Below are positions 19,815 through 29,569 of a stretch of DNA of 64,000 bases, one piece after another. The notes beneath the pieces were generated by a model. That model was not told the origin of the DNA. It did no database searches and worked only from the letters and a program-made list of their open reading frames with translations. Source of the stretch: Pirellulales bacterium. Lineage in GTDB: Bacteria > Planctomycetota > Planctomycetia > Pirellulales > JAEUIK01. The translations under genes were made by a program, and so were the position numbers. The stretch's first letter is position 1. The number at the start of each line of letters is the position of its first letter. The DNA is taken from contig JBFXAH010000022.1 in the NCBI GenBank assembly GCA_050184475.1, forward strand, positions 44,517-108,516, read 5' to 3'.

Positions 19815-20309
19815 TCAATCCAGCATGCCCAACAGCTCGATCTGCGTATCGAACCGCAGGGCGATCACGCGCCAGCCGGTTCCCGCCGGCAGCGCGTCGG
19901 CGGCGCTGGTCGCCGGCCGGTAAAAGGTGAAGTACCAAACGACCGGGAAGTTCTCGCACTTGTACAGGTACTTCAGCAGCACGACGTCTTGCCCGATGCG
20001 GCGCGTGCCGACCCGCTCGAAGCTCTGGTAGCGGCCGTAGCGTTTTTCCAATTCGCGGGTTTTGCTCTTCAGGTCGGCAAGGCCTTCGCTGCGCTTGAGC
20101 GTGGGGCTGGCGGCCAACAATTGATCGTAGGCGGTGTCGATCTGGCCGAGCGACACTTCTTCGAGAAACCGCGCGGCTTCTCCTTCGAGCGCGGCCAGCG
20201 ACGAGTCGGCTTCGACGGGCGTAGGCTGAGCTTGCGAGACCAGGCCGAGCATGGCGCCGGCAATCAGCGCCAGCGCGCAGGCCGACAACAGCGGAAGTCG
20301 ACGATTCAT
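19815..20309 (-). CDS. Secreted hypothetical protein
   Basis: ATG at 20309 follows GAGGA. Signal peptide MNRRLPLLSACALALIAGAMLGLVSQA. 164 aa. Confidence 0.6.
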   Translation of the reverse strand: MNRRLPLLSACALALIAGAMLGLVSQAQPTPVEADSSLAALEGEAARFLEEVSLGQIDTAYDQLLAASPTLKRSEGLADLKSKTRELEKRYGRYQSFERVGTRRIGQDVVLLKYLYKCENFPVVWYFTFYRPATSAADALPAGTGWRVIALRFDTQIELLGMLD

Positions 20310-20586
20310 GAGGTCCTCGCAGGGTAGGTGGTTGACGATCGGGGAGTGGTAGCACGATAGGGGCGTGGAAGCAGGATAGCGGAGCGTCTCGCCTACGGAT
20401 TGGCCGTAGTCGATCGCCGAGTTGTGCCCGGCCGGCAATCCGCTGGCTCCAACATTCTTTCGCGCGGGCACGCGATCTGCCAGCCCCGGCTAAGTGGCTA
20501 CGGGGCGAGGGAGAATGGAACGGCGATTCGAGAAGCGCCGTACCAGGCGTACCGTAGGTTGGCCGCGGCCGCACGCGAAATAGCGA

Positions 20587-20856
20587 CTAAGTCGGAGCCA
20601 CTACTCGATAGGGGACTGGCGCCTCGTCGGTCCACGCACCTTCGGGCAATTCAATCGTCTTGGTGTACTCTTGGCCGTCCACAATAATCAACAGACGGCC
20701 GCAAGTACCCGGCGCGAGCTGACCCGACCCAACTTGCAGAGGCTCGGCGAGATCGAAAGTACAGCCGTTCGTTCGCGCCAGCCGAATCCTGTGTCCCTCG
20801 AAGCAAAAGAAGGCCTCGACGGTCGCGGAGTAGCCATTTTCGCGATGGATTCCCAT
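20587..20856 (-). CDS. Small hypothetical protein (89 aa)
   Basis: MGIHRENGYSATVEAFFCFEGHRIRLAR... Its ATG shares the tetranucleotide CATG (20854-20857) with the divergent gene. No family recognised. Confidence 0.4.
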   Translation of the reverse strand: MGIHRENGYSATVEAFFCFEGHRIRLARTNGCTFDLAEPLQVGSGQLAPGTCGRLLIIVDGQEYTKTIELPEGAWTDEAPVPYRVVAPT

Positions 20857-21367
20857 GACAGCCGAGCAAGAGCGTATCGAGCGCAAAGAACGTGTCGAGC
20901 GCTATCATAGCCTACGGTACGGAGACGAGAAGATCAAAACCTGGCTCGGCGGCGGCACCGATGGCGAGGTCTGGAAAAGCAGCCAAGAGACTGCCATCAA
21001 AGTCTTTCAGCGCCTCGCGGGATACGCAAACGAGCGAGACACTTATCTGAGGCTCGCGGAATATGGAGTGGTCCGCAAGCTCGCCGGTTTCTGGATTCCG
21101 ATCATACTCGACTACGACGACGAGCTCATGATCGTCGAAATGAGCCTAATGAACAAACCCCCGTATGTCATTGATTTCGCGAAAGTGAGAATCGACCGGC
21201 CGCCCGATTTCGACGAGGAAACGCTGCAAGAGGCGGAGCGCCAGGGACGCGAGCGTTTTGAGCATAATTGGCCCAAAGTCAAGGGGTTGCTCGGCGCTCT
21301 GGAGAGTTTCAACATCTTTTATCTGGACCCCAACCGCGGCAACATTACTTTCCCCGACATGCCGTGA
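20855..21367 (+). CDS. Minimal or truncated protein-kinase-like protein (170 aa)
   Basis: Gly-rich loop LGGGTDGEVW, VAIK-like ETAIKVF, hinge-like LMIVEMSL, and a catalytic-loop-like FYLDPNRGNI. The ORF ends 7 residues later with no DFG-type Asp segment. G+C is visibly lower than in the flanks. Confidence 0.55.
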   Translation: MTAEQERIERKERVERYHSLRYGDEKIKTWLGGGTDGEVWKSSQETAIKVFQRLAGYANERDTYLRLAEYGVVRKLAGFWIPIILDYDDELMIVEMSLMNKPPYVIDFAKVRIDRPPDFDEETLQEAERQGRERFEHNWPKVKGLLGALESFNIFYLDPNRGNITFPDMP

Positions 21368-21426
21368 CGCTAGGCCAGCGAATCTTTTCAACCGGCACCA
21401 ACCGTGCGCAGTCGTTGCTGGTTCGG

Positions 21427-23175
21427 TTACTGCTGGTTTGGCTGCTCGCGGGCTTGGCGCACTAGTTCGGCCAGCGCTGCGGCGGCTCCCTCGAGCGGCA
21501 GCAGCGTCGGCTCGCTCTCCCAGCGCCATTTGATCTCGAGCTTGCCCTCCTTGAGGCTGCGCCCGCCGATCACCACGCGCAACGGAAAGCCGATCAGGTC
21601 GGCGTCTTTGAACTTGACCCCCGCCCGCTGATCGCGATCGTCGAGCAGCACGTCGACGCCGGCGGTGGTCAACTCATCATGCAGCTTCTCGGCCACTTGC
21701 ATCACATCTTCTTGAGCGACGTTGAGTGGCGCGAGCAGCACTTCGTAAGGCGCCAGCGCCATCGGCCAGACGATGCCCTGCTCGTCGTGCCGGGTCTCAA
21801 TCAATGAGGCCAGGATGCGATTGATGCCAATGCCGTAGCAGCCCATGATGATCGTCCGCTGCTGCTCGGTGTCGTCGAGGAACTTGGCCCCCAGGGCGTC
21901 GGAGTATTTGGTGCCGAGCTTAAAGACGTGCCCCACCTCGATGGCGTGCCGCAAAGCGAGCTCTTTGCCACAGCGAGGGCAGGCGTCTCCCGCGGCGGCG
22001 TTGCGCAGATCGGCGAAGTGCTCGGCCGGCACCTTGAAATCGCGGCCCAAGTTCGCACCGGTGTAATGCTTGTCGGCCTCGTTGGCGCCGATCACGGCAT
22101 CGGCCACGGCTGCCACGTCGCGATCGGCCCAGAGTGGAATTGTCAGCCCCACCGGTCCAGCAAATCCGACCGGCGCCCGCGTTACTTGTTCGATCACTTC
22201 GGGCGAGGCCAGTTCGAGCTTCGCGGCCCCGACGGCGCGGCGCAGCTTGCCTTCGTTGGCGTCGTGATCGCCGCGCAGCAAAACCGCCAGCGGTTTGCCG
22301 TCGGCCACGTAGATCAGCGTTTTGATCATTTGCGCCGGCCGGCAACCGAGCAGCTTGCTGACTTGCTCGATGCTGCCGACTTGCGGCGTATCGACTTTAT
22401 GGAGCGGCGCCGATCCAGCCGCGGGCTTGGCGGAGCCGGCCTTGGGCGCGCCGATTTCGGCGCGTTCGAGATTGGCCGCGTAACCGCAGCCCGCGCAATG
22501 CACGACGACATCTTCGCCGTTTTCGGCCAGCACCATGAACTCGTGGCTGGCGTCGCCGCCGATCGGCCCGCTCTCGGCTTCGACCGCCAGGTATTCGAGT
22601 CCGCAACGCTCGAAGATGCGGCAATACGCGGCGTACATCTTGTCGTAGCTGGCGGCCAGCGATTCGACCGAGGTGTCGAAGCTGTAGGCGTCCTTCATCA
22701 AGAACTCGCTGGTCCGCAGCACGCCGAACCGCGGCCGCTCCTCGTTGCGGAACTTGGTCTGAATCTGGTAAAGCGTGATCGGCAACTGCCGGTAGCTCGA
22801 CACGAACCGCGCCACCAGATCGGTCACGACTTCTTCGTGCGTAGGGCCCAGTGCCAGGTGGACTTGCCGATTGGCGCGGCGAACTTTGAAATTGATCAAC
22901 ACGTCGCCGAAAGCATCGACCCGGCCGGTCCGCTCCCAGAGGGTGATCGGCGTCAGGGCCGGCATGTGCAGCTCGACGGCGCCGGCGCGGTCCATTTCGT
23001 CGCGGACGATCGCCTCGGCCTTGCGCAGCGCGCGCCAGCCGAGCGGCAGATAGGTGTACGCGCCGGCCATGACTTGCTGGATCAATCCAGCGCGCAACAT
23101 CAGCACGTGGCTGGGGATTTCGGCCCCCTCGGGCGTTTCCTTCATGGTGGGGATGAGCGTTTGCGACCAGCGCAC
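21427..23175 (-). CDS. proS: Prolyl-tRNA synthetase
   Basis: (V)[33 protein letters not shown]... with class II motifs and a bacterial-type editing insertion. The GTG start at 23175 was chosen by N-terminal homology pattern. The ORF runs on to 23298. Confidence 0.95.
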   Translation of the reverse strand: MRWSQTLIPTMKETPEGAEIPSHVLMLRAGLIQQVMAGAYTYLPLGWRALRKAEAIVRDEMDRAGAVELHMPALTPITLWERTGRVDAFGDVLINFKVRRANRQVHLALGPTHEEVVTDLVARFVSSYRQLPITLYQIQTKFRNEERPRFGVLRTSEFLMKDAYSFDTSVESLAASYDKMYAAYCRIFERCGLEYLAVEAESGPIGGDASHEFMVLAENGEDVVVHCAGCGYAANLERAEIGAPKAGSAKPAAGSAPLHKVDTPQVGSIEQVSKLLGCRPAQMIKTLIYVADGKPLAVLLRGDHDANEGKLRRAVGAAKLELASPEVIEQVTRAPVGFAGPVGLTIPLWADRDVAAVADAVIGANEADKHYTGANLGRDFKVPAEHFADLRNAAAGDACPRCGKELALRHAIEVGHVFKLGTKYSDALGAKFLDDTEQQRTIIMGCYGIGINRILASLIETRHDEQGIVWPMALAPYEVLLAPLNVAQEDVMQVAEKLHDELTTAGVDVLLDDRDQRAGVKFKDADLIGFPLRVVIGGRSLKEGKLEIKWRWESEPTLLPLEGAAAALAELVRQAREQPNQQ

Positions 23176-23408
23176 GAGTAGGTTCCCTTGGATGGCGTAT
23201 CTTGCGGAGCTAAGCCAGTTGCCTGTCGCGACGCAGCGCGACCGTCGGCGGCCCGCTCCGGCGAAAAAAGCAGGCGGAATTGTACGGTACAGCGGCAAAC
23301 CGGGGCAACGCGAGCGCGCACTGCCGCTTGTTGGTAGTTGACGCAGGTCATAGAATTGCCGGATTCTCCACGTCCCCTTGGCGACCGTTTTGGTTCTAGA
23401 TCGCGCTC

Positions 23409-24398
23409 ATGCCTCGACGTTTCATCAATCAACTCGGCCACCAGGAAGCAATTCACGACGTGTTTCTGGCGACCGATAAGCAACTGCGCCCCAATCGCAA
23501 CGGCAATTTGTATCTGCAGGTCGAGCTTCGCGATCGCACCGGCGCGCTGTCGACGCGGGTTTGGAATGCCACCGAATCGCTCTACAACAGCTTCGAAAAC
23601 GGCGATTTCGTGCTCGTCGAAGGGACGACGCAGCTCTACCAGGGGGCGCTGCAGCTTATCGCCTCGCAGATCACCGTTGTGCCGGGGGACGAGGTCGACA
23701 CGGCCGACTTCATGCCGTTGTCGCAAGCGGCGATCGATCGGCTGGCCGCGCGACTGGCCGAACTGCTCCGCGGCATGGCCCATCCGCAGTTGCGCACGCT
23801 GGCCGAATGCTATCTGTTGGACACGCAGTTCATGACGCGGTTCGCGCAGGCGCCCGCAGGCGTGAAGAATCATCACGCCTATCACGGCGGACTGCTGGAG
23901 CACGTCGTCAGCGTCATGGAACTGGCGCGGCTGTTGGCCGGCCGCTACGAGATGCTCGACGCCGACTTGCTGCTGATGGGCGCGTTCTTGCACGACGCCG
24001 GCAAGATCGAAGAGCTGGCCTACGAGCGCGGCTTCAGCTACACCGACGAAGGCCAGTTGATCGGTCACGTCGTGATCGGCGTGGCGCTGCTGGACGAAAA
24101 GCTCGCCGAGGCCGAGCGGCTCTCCGGCGAACCGGTCCCCGCCGAGTTGGCGTTACGGCTCAAGCACATGATCGTCAGCCATCATGGCGCGTACGAATTC
24201 GGCAGCCCCAAGCTGCCGATGACGCTCGAGGCGATCGCCTTGAACCTGATCGACAACGTCGACGCCAAGCTGCACGGCTGGCAGCAACTGATGCGCGACG
24301 ACCCGAACGCCGAAAGCCGCTGGACGAACTTCAATCAACAACTAGGGCGCAAATTGTTCAAGCCGAGTTCGGCGCCTGCCCCGGCGCAACTCGACTGA
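23409..24398 (+). CDS. OB-fold plus HD-domain 3'-5' exoribonuclease (YhaM/CBF-like)
   Basis: N-terminal OB fold NGNLYLQVELRDRTGALSTRVWN...FVLVEGTTQLYQGALQL. HD domain HHAYHGGLLEHVVSV...FLHDAGK. Confidence 0.85.
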   Translation: MPRRFINQLGHQEAIHDVFLATDKQLRPNRNGNLYLQVELRDRTGALSTRVWNATESLYNSFENGDFVLVEGTTQLYQGALQLIASQITVVPGDEVDTADFMPLSQAAIDRLAARLAELLRGMAHPQLRTLAECYLLDTQFMTRFAQAPAGVKNHHAYHGGLLEHVVSVMELARLLAGRYEMLDADLLLMGAFLHDAGKIEELAYERGFSYTDEGQLIGHVVIGVALLDEKLAEAERLSGEPVPAELALRLKHMIVSHHGAYEFGSPKLPMTLEAIALNLIDNVDAKLHGWQQLMRDDPNAESRWTNFNQQLGRKLFKPSSAPAPAQLD

Positions 24399-24417
24399 GC
24401 GGCGCAGCGCAGGACGC

Positions 24418-26715
24418 ATGGATCTCGCAGAACTCGAATCGAAGCTGCTGGCGCTCGTGGCCGGGGCCGACTATCAGCCAGCTAAGCCGCGCGTGCTGGC
24501 CGAGCGGCTGGGACTGGCCGACGAACATCGCGGCGACCTCAAGCGGCTGATCAAACAGCTCGTCAAAACCGGCAAGCTGCGCTACGCGGCCAATCATCTC
24601 GTCGAGTCGGGTGGCGCGCCGACCGCCGGCCAGATCGTCGGCGTGTTTCGCCGCGCGCAAGGGGGCTTTGGCTTTGTGCGCCCCAAGGACACGCCCGCCG
24701 CGCATGGCCGCCGCGACGACATCTTCATTCCGGCCGAGTCCGCCGGCGACGCTTCGAGTGGCGACGTTGTCATGGTCGAGCTGCGGGGGCGCAAGTTCTC
24801 GTCGCGCGGCAACCCCGAGGGGCGGATCGTCGAAGTCGTCGAGCGCGACACGCGGCAGTTCGTCGGCACCTATTTCGAGACCGGCGGCAACGGCTACGTG
24901 CAGGTCGACGGCACGCTCTTTCAGCGGCCGGTGTCGGTGGGCGATCCCGGCGCCAAAAACGCGCGACCCGACGACAAAGTCGTCTTCGAGATGGTCCGCT
25001 TTCCGTCGCACCTGCACGACGGCGAAGGAGTGCTCACCGAAGTGCTCGGCCCGCGCGGGCAGCCGGGCATCGACACCCTGTCGATCATCCGCGAGTTCGA
25101 GTTGCCCGAGGAATTCGCCGAAGACGCCCTGGCCGAAGCCCGCGCCCAGGCGGCTGCCTTCGACGAAGCGATCGACGAGGGCCGCGTCGATCTGACCGGC
25201 GAGACGATCATCACGATCGACCCGGTCGACGCCCGCGATTTCGACGACGCCATCTCGCTCGAGCGCACCGCGGAAGGCCATTGGCGGCTGGGCGTACACA
25301 TCGCCGACGTGTCGCACTTCGTGCGGCCGAAAACGGCGCTCGATCGCGAGGCGTTGGCCCGCGCCACCAGCGTCTATCTGCCCGACCGCGTGCTGCCGAT
25401 GCTGCCGGAGCTGATCTCCAACGGTCTGGCCAGCCTGCAGCCCGACAAAGTGCGGTACACCAAGACGGCCATCATGGAGTTCACCGCCGACGGCACGCGC
25501 GTGGCCGCGGAGTTTCATTCGGCGGCGATCCGCAGTTGCCGGCGGTTCACTTACGAAGAGATCGACGACTACCTGGCCCAACCGCAGGCGTGGCGCGGCA
25601 AACTCACGCCGCAAGTGCACAAGCTGATCGGCGACATGCACTCCCTGGCGATGGTGCTCCGCGAGCGGCGGCGCAAGCGCGGCGCGATCGAGCTGTCGAT
25701 GCGCGAAGTGAAGATCGACCTCGACAAAGAGGGGCGCGTGGCCGGCGCGCACCTGGTCGAGAACACGGTCAGCCATCAGATGATCGAAGAGTGCATGCTG
25801 GCCGCCAACGAAGCCGTGGCCGAGCACCTCCGCGAGCAAGGGCTGCTGTTTCTGCGGCGCATTCACCAGGCTCCCGATCCGCGCAAGCTTGAAGAGCTTA
25901 CCAAGTTCGTGGTCGAACTCGGCTTTCCGGTCGAGAGCCTCGAAAGCCGCTTCGAGCTGCAACGGCTGCTCAAGCTGGTCGACGGCCGGCCCGAAGAGCA
26001 AGCGGTCAACTACGCCGTGCTCCGCAGTTTGCAGCAGGCGGTCTACGGCCCCGAAGACGAGGGGCACTACGCGCTGGCCAGCGATTGCTATTGCCATTTC
26101 ACTTCGCCGATCCGCCGCTATCCCGACCTCACCGTGCATCGCCTGCTCGATCTCTTGGCCGCCCGCAAGAAGCCGACATCGCACCTGGCCGAGCTGCTGA
26201 GCCTGGGCGATCATTGTTCGCAGCGCGAGCGCCGGGCCGAGCAAGCCGAACGCGAGCTAACCAAGGTCAAACTGCTGAACTACCTGGCCGACCGTATCGG
26301 CGAACAGATGGATGCCGTGATCACCGGCGTGCAGGAGTTCGGCTTGTTCGCGCAAGGCGTTGAGCTCCCGGCCGAAGGGTTGATCCACATTTCGTCTCTG
26401 TCCGACGACTATTACCGGTACGATCGCACGCATCACACGCTGACCGGTTACCGGCAGGGGAACACGTTCCGGCTCGGCGACTTGGTGCGGGTAGCCGTGG
26501 CCCGCGTCGATGCGGACCGGCGCGAGCTCGATTTTCGCCTGGTGGCGCGGCGCAAACGTCCGCCCGGTTCGCTGCCGCCGGCCGTTGCGCCGCGCGGCAA
26601 GGGTTCGTCGTCGCGGGGTGCCCACGCGCGCGACGGTCGCGCGGGGGCCGACAAGCAAAAGTCCGGCGGCAAGCGGACTAAGTCGGCAGGCAAAACCAAA
26701 AAGCGGCGGCGCTAG
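24418..26715 (+). CDS. rnr: Ribonuclease R
   Basis: 765 aa with cold-shock/OB N-terminus, RNB core (TIDPVDARDFDDAISL...YLPDRVLPMLPE...HYALASDCYCHFTSPIRRYPDL), S1 domain and a basic K/R tail. Confidence 0.95.
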   Translation: MDLAELESKLLALVAGADYQPAKPRVLAERLGLADEHRGDLKRLIKQLVKTGKLRYAANHLVESGGAPTAGQIVGVFRRAQGGFGFVRPKDTPAAHGRRDDIFIPAESAGDASSGDVVMVELRGRKFSSRGNPEGRIVEVVERDTRQFVGTYFETGGNGYVQVDGTLFQRPVSVGDPGAKNARPDDKVVFEMVRFPSHLHDGEGVLTEVLGPRGQPGIDTLSIIREFELPEEFAEDALAEARAQAAAFDEAIDEGRVDLTGETIITIDPVDARDFDDAISLERTAEGHWRLGVHIADVSHFVRPKTALDREALARATSVYLPDRVLPMLPELISNGLASLQPDKVRYTKTAIMEFTADGTRVAAEFHSAAIRSCRRFTYEEIDDYLAQPQAWRGKLTPQVHKLIGDMHSLAMVLRERRRKRGAIELSMREVKIDLDKEGRVAGAHLVENTVSHQMIEECMLAANEAVAEHLREQGLLFLRRIHQAPDPRKLEELTKFVVELGFPVESLESRFELQRLLKLVDGRPEEQAVNYAVLRSLQQAVYGPEDEGHYALASDCYCHFTSPIRRYPDLTVHRLLDLLAARKKPTSHLAELLSLGDHCSQRERRAEQAERELTKVKLLNYLADRIGEQMDAVITGVQEFGLFAQGVELPAEGLIHISSLSDDYYRYDRTHHTLTGYRQGNTFRLGDLVRVAVARVDADRRELDFRLVARRKRPPGSLPPAVAPRGKGSSSRGAHARDGRAGADKQKSGGKRTKSAGKTKKRRR

Positions 26716-26795
26716 TCAAGTTGCGTGGTTGATAAGACCGGGCCACATGACGCCGGAACCATACAGGCGCGCTGCACGGTCGATCGGCTAACTGC

Positions 26796-27221
26796 CTATT
26801 CTTCGGCCGGCGAGCGCCGACGGCGCTTCTTGAGCGACGTGGCCTCCTTGCTTTTGATCCGTCGCTCGACGGCCGCCCGCGATGGCTTGGTGGGGCGGCG
26901 GGGTTTGGGACGGGCGAGCGCCGTTCGCAGCATTTCGCGCAGCTTCTCGAGGCAATCTTCGGCGTTGCGACCTTGATCGCGGTACCGCTGGCTGTGGATC
27001 ACCAGGTCGCCCGCGGCCGTGACGCGCCGGCCGAGTTTTGCCAGCAATCGCGGTTGGAGTTCTGCCGAAACGCTCGGGCTGGTCGCCACGCTCCAGCGCA
27101 GGATGGCCTTGGAGCTCACCTTGTTGACGTTCTGTCCCCCTGGTCCGGAACTGCGCGCGTAGGTGAACTCAATTTCGTCGAGCGGAATGCGCAGGGCGGC
27201 GTTGACATCGAGCGTAGCCAT
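26796..27221 (-). CDS. arfB: Alternative ribosome-rescue factor ArfB (peptidyl-tRNA hydrolase, GGQ)
   Basis: 141 aa with SSGPGGQNVNKVSSKA and a basic C-terminal tail. Confidence 0.9.
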   Translation of the reverse strand: MATLDVNAALRIPLDEIEFTYARSSGPGGQNVNKVSSKAILRWSVATSPSVSAELQPRLLAKLGRRVTAAGDLVIHSQRYRDQGRNAEDCLEKLREMLRTALARPKPRRPTKPSRAAVERRIKSKEATSLKKRRRRSPAEE

Positions 27222-27275
27222 GGGTATCGCCGGGAGATTGTAACCGGCGACGCGGTTGCGCGGTGAGCCGCGCGC

Positions 27276-27323
27276 AAAAAGAAAAAGGCCGGTTCCTCGT
27301 CGGGGAAGCGAGGAACCGGCCTT
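27276..27323 (-). terminator. Intrinsic terminator of the upstream PEP-CTERM gene
   Basis: Perfect 13-bp stem GGCCGGTTCCTCG / CGAGGAACCGGCC (27287-27299 / 27309-27321). On the minus strand it is followed by TTTTTCTTTTT. Confidence 0.7.
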
Positions 27324-27389
27324 GCGATCGCTCTCAACCTGCCGGCGGCGCCAACGTCAGGCAGCGTTGGTGCCCGTCCGCGGGTGAGC

Positions 27390-28505
27390 CTAACGACAGT
27401 TGACGTAGCGTCTCAAGCGCCGCACAAGTAGCGGGCTCACCGACATCAAACCTATCGCCAGCAGCACGATACTCCCCGGTTCGGGGATCGGCGTCATCAT
27501 TGTCAAGGCAAAGTTGTATGCCAGGTTGATGCTGGCCGCCAGGTCGACGGTCGTGGTGATGCCATACACGGCTCCCCCGTCGAGTTCCAGCGCGGTACTA
27601 AAGTTCAAGGGAAACGGGAGTTGGTCGCTGCCCAGGAGTGTTATTTTCAGGTTACTCGCAGGGCCACTGAGCTCATAACGTCCGGTGACGACAAACTCGC
27701 TATCCAACTCTTCGTTCTCGAGTTCTTCAACATCAAACCCGCCGACGACGATCTTGGCATCCAAGAGAGCATGCAGGACCATCGGTATCGAGAACGTCCC
27801 CGTGGCGGTGCCGTTGATGCCACCCACGGCCGGTCCGTCGGGCGTAAACGTCGGCAGCAGTTTCATATTCTGCTCGAGATACAGCTCCTTGACCGTGCCC
27901 GATATCTTCACCGCAAGATCGGCGGACGGGTTGGGATAGTACGACGGTCCATTGATGGGATTGCCATCGTAGAATTCGTTTTCGACCATTCGGGTGCGCG
28001 GAATGATGATGTCGTTCAAGGCGAAATTGGCCTTCACGCCGTTGAGCATGTCGAGGTCGAGGTTCGTCGCGCTCACCAAGGTGCGGGTCAGCACGCCGTT
28101 GATATTTTGTGCGCCGACTCCCAGGTCGCCGATGCCGGGAACGGGGAACGTGCCGTCCCCTTTTTTCGGCAGCCCGATGCTGCGCGGATCACTCGTCACC
28201 GAGACCGTGCTCTTCAGCCCGATGGCGGTCGAAAACGGGTTGCCCGACTGCAACAAGGTGATGCCATCGCCGTCGATGGTCACTTTCCCGACCGCGTATT
28301 TGGTCCCGATCAACTCCACGCCGTACGGTTGGGTTTGCGTGAACCTGCCTTCGAACGACCCGTTGCCCGACGCCGTCAGCGTCAGGCCGAAATCCTGTTG
28401 GGTGCCGGTGAAGTTCACGGGCACGGCCCAGGCAGGCGAGGCCAGGGCGGTACCTGCCAGTACCAGCGCGGCCGCGCAAATAAGGGTTCGACGAGAACTC
28501 GTCAT
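27390..28505 (-). CDS. PEP-CTERM sorting-domain secreted protein
   Basis: Signal peptide MTSSRRTLICAAALVLAGTALASPAWA. C-terminus PIPEPGSIVLLAIGLMSVSPLLVRRLRR gives PEP motif, TM helix and basic tail. Confidence 0.8.
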   Translation of the reverse strand: MTSSRRTLICAAALVLAGTALASPAWAVPVNFTGTQQDFGLTLTASGNGSFEGRFTQTQPYGVELIGTKYAVGKVTIDGDGITLLQSGNPFSTAIGLKSTVSVTSDPRSIGLPKKGDGTFPVPGIGDLGVGAQNINGVLTRTLVSATNLDLDMLNGVKANFALNDIIIPRTRMVENEFYDGNPINGPSYYPNPSADLAVKISGTVKELYLEQNMKLLPTFTPDGPAVGGINGTATGTFSIPMVLHALLDAKIVVGGFDVEELENEELDSEFVVTGRYELSGPASNLKITLLGSDQLPFPLNFSTALELDGGAVYGITTTVDLAASINLAYNFALTMMTPIPEPGSIVLLAIGLMSVSPLLVRRLRRYVNCR

Positions 28506-28699
28506 GTAACTATGCTCCCCGAGATGAGTTTTGCCGCCTGATTATGGGTTTGGCTCGCCCTCACATAAGGGCGTCGGTTAATCTGTGTTCCGGCCGTGCA
28601 GCGGAATGCCGCTGCCAGACTGGGTGATACGCGCGGCGCGCCGTGGCGCGGCTGCGAACTAGGGACAATTGCCTGCCCGCGCGAAACCGCGCACGCGGC

Positions 28700-28873
28700 C
28701 TACCAGGCCCAGCGCTTGGCGCGACGGCGATGCATGCCGTTGAAGCCAGACGGGCGGCTTTTGGCGCGGTACTGCGGGCGCGAGCTGCGGTTGCTCTTGA
28801 TCGGCTGCACGCGACCGTAGTGGGCCTGACCTTCGCGTTCGTAATCTTGATTCAAGTTGGCATAGTCCGACAT
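28700..28873 (-). CDS. Small basic protein, 57 aa (below the ORF-track length cutoff)
   Basis: My own translation: MSDYANLNQDYEREGQAHYGRVQPIKSNRSSRPQYRAKSRPSGFNGMHRRRAKRWAW*. AAAGGA lies 7 nt upstream of the ATG. Third codon positions are strongly G/C-biased, as in neighbouring genes. Confidence 0.45.
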   Translation of the reverse strand: MSDYANLNQDYEREGQAHYGRVQPIKSNRSSRPQYRAKSRPSGFNGMHRRRAKRWAW

Positions 28874-28968
28874 TTCTGGGTCCTTTCGCTCGCTCGATAG
28901 CTGCTTGATGTGAATGAGAACGACGTGTATCGCGGTGCCGATTGCTCGGCGCCACTGTGGCTACGGCG

Positions 28969-29469
28969 TCAACCGACCCGGCTAGCCGGAGCCGATCCCG
29001 CCGCAACCCGGTTTGCGAGGCGCTCCGCAAGCGGAATGGCCTCGCTACACAACACGGCCAATTCGGTTCCGTCCGTCACGCCCGGCAGGTAGAGCCAAAC
29101 GCCCAACTGCCGAGCCCAGATTTCCTCCTGCGGCGCCCCCTCCTGTCCGCAAAGCACGATCAGCAATCCGCTCTGGGCTGCCAGTGCTTCGACGGCGCTA
29201 CGCAGTTCCTGGCGGTCGCCGCCGGGCACCTGATCGAGGTCGACCAGGGCCAGCCCGACCAACATTCGCTGCAGACACATCAGTGCCGAAGGGGCGTCGT
29301 CACATTCCAGAGCCAGCCAGCCGGCTTCGCGCGCCGCCGCTGCCAACTCCTGACGCCGGCGTCCATCGACGGCCAGCACCAGGCATTGCAGCCGGTCGTT
29401 GGCGCGCCGCGCCGTCCGGACCGTCTGGTCTGCTTCACTCAACACGAGTTGCCCTTGATTCCGCGACAT
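28969..29469 (-). CDS. Degenerate CheY-like receiver (pseudo-receiver) protein
   Basis: The beta1 LVLAVDG / beta3 LALVDLD / beta4 LIVLCG / beta5 LYLPG pattern resembles a receiver fold. The conserved T/S and K positions are replaced by C and L. Confidence 0.5.
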   Translation of the reverse strand: MSRNQGQLVLSEADQTVRTARRANDRLQCLVLAVDGRRRQELAAAAREAGWLALECDDAPSALMCLQRMLVGLALVDLDQVPGGDRQELRSAVEALAAQSGLLIVLCGQEGAPQEEIWARQLGVWLYLPGVTDGTELAVLCSEAIPLAERLANRVAAGSAPASRVG

Positions 29470-29569
29470 ACAAAGTGCTCTTGCTTCTGAGATCCAATCC
29501 GGCGGGGCCGGGTACACGACTGACCCTCGTCACCCCCCGCGCGTCGCCGCTCTGCCGAGCGGCCTGGGC

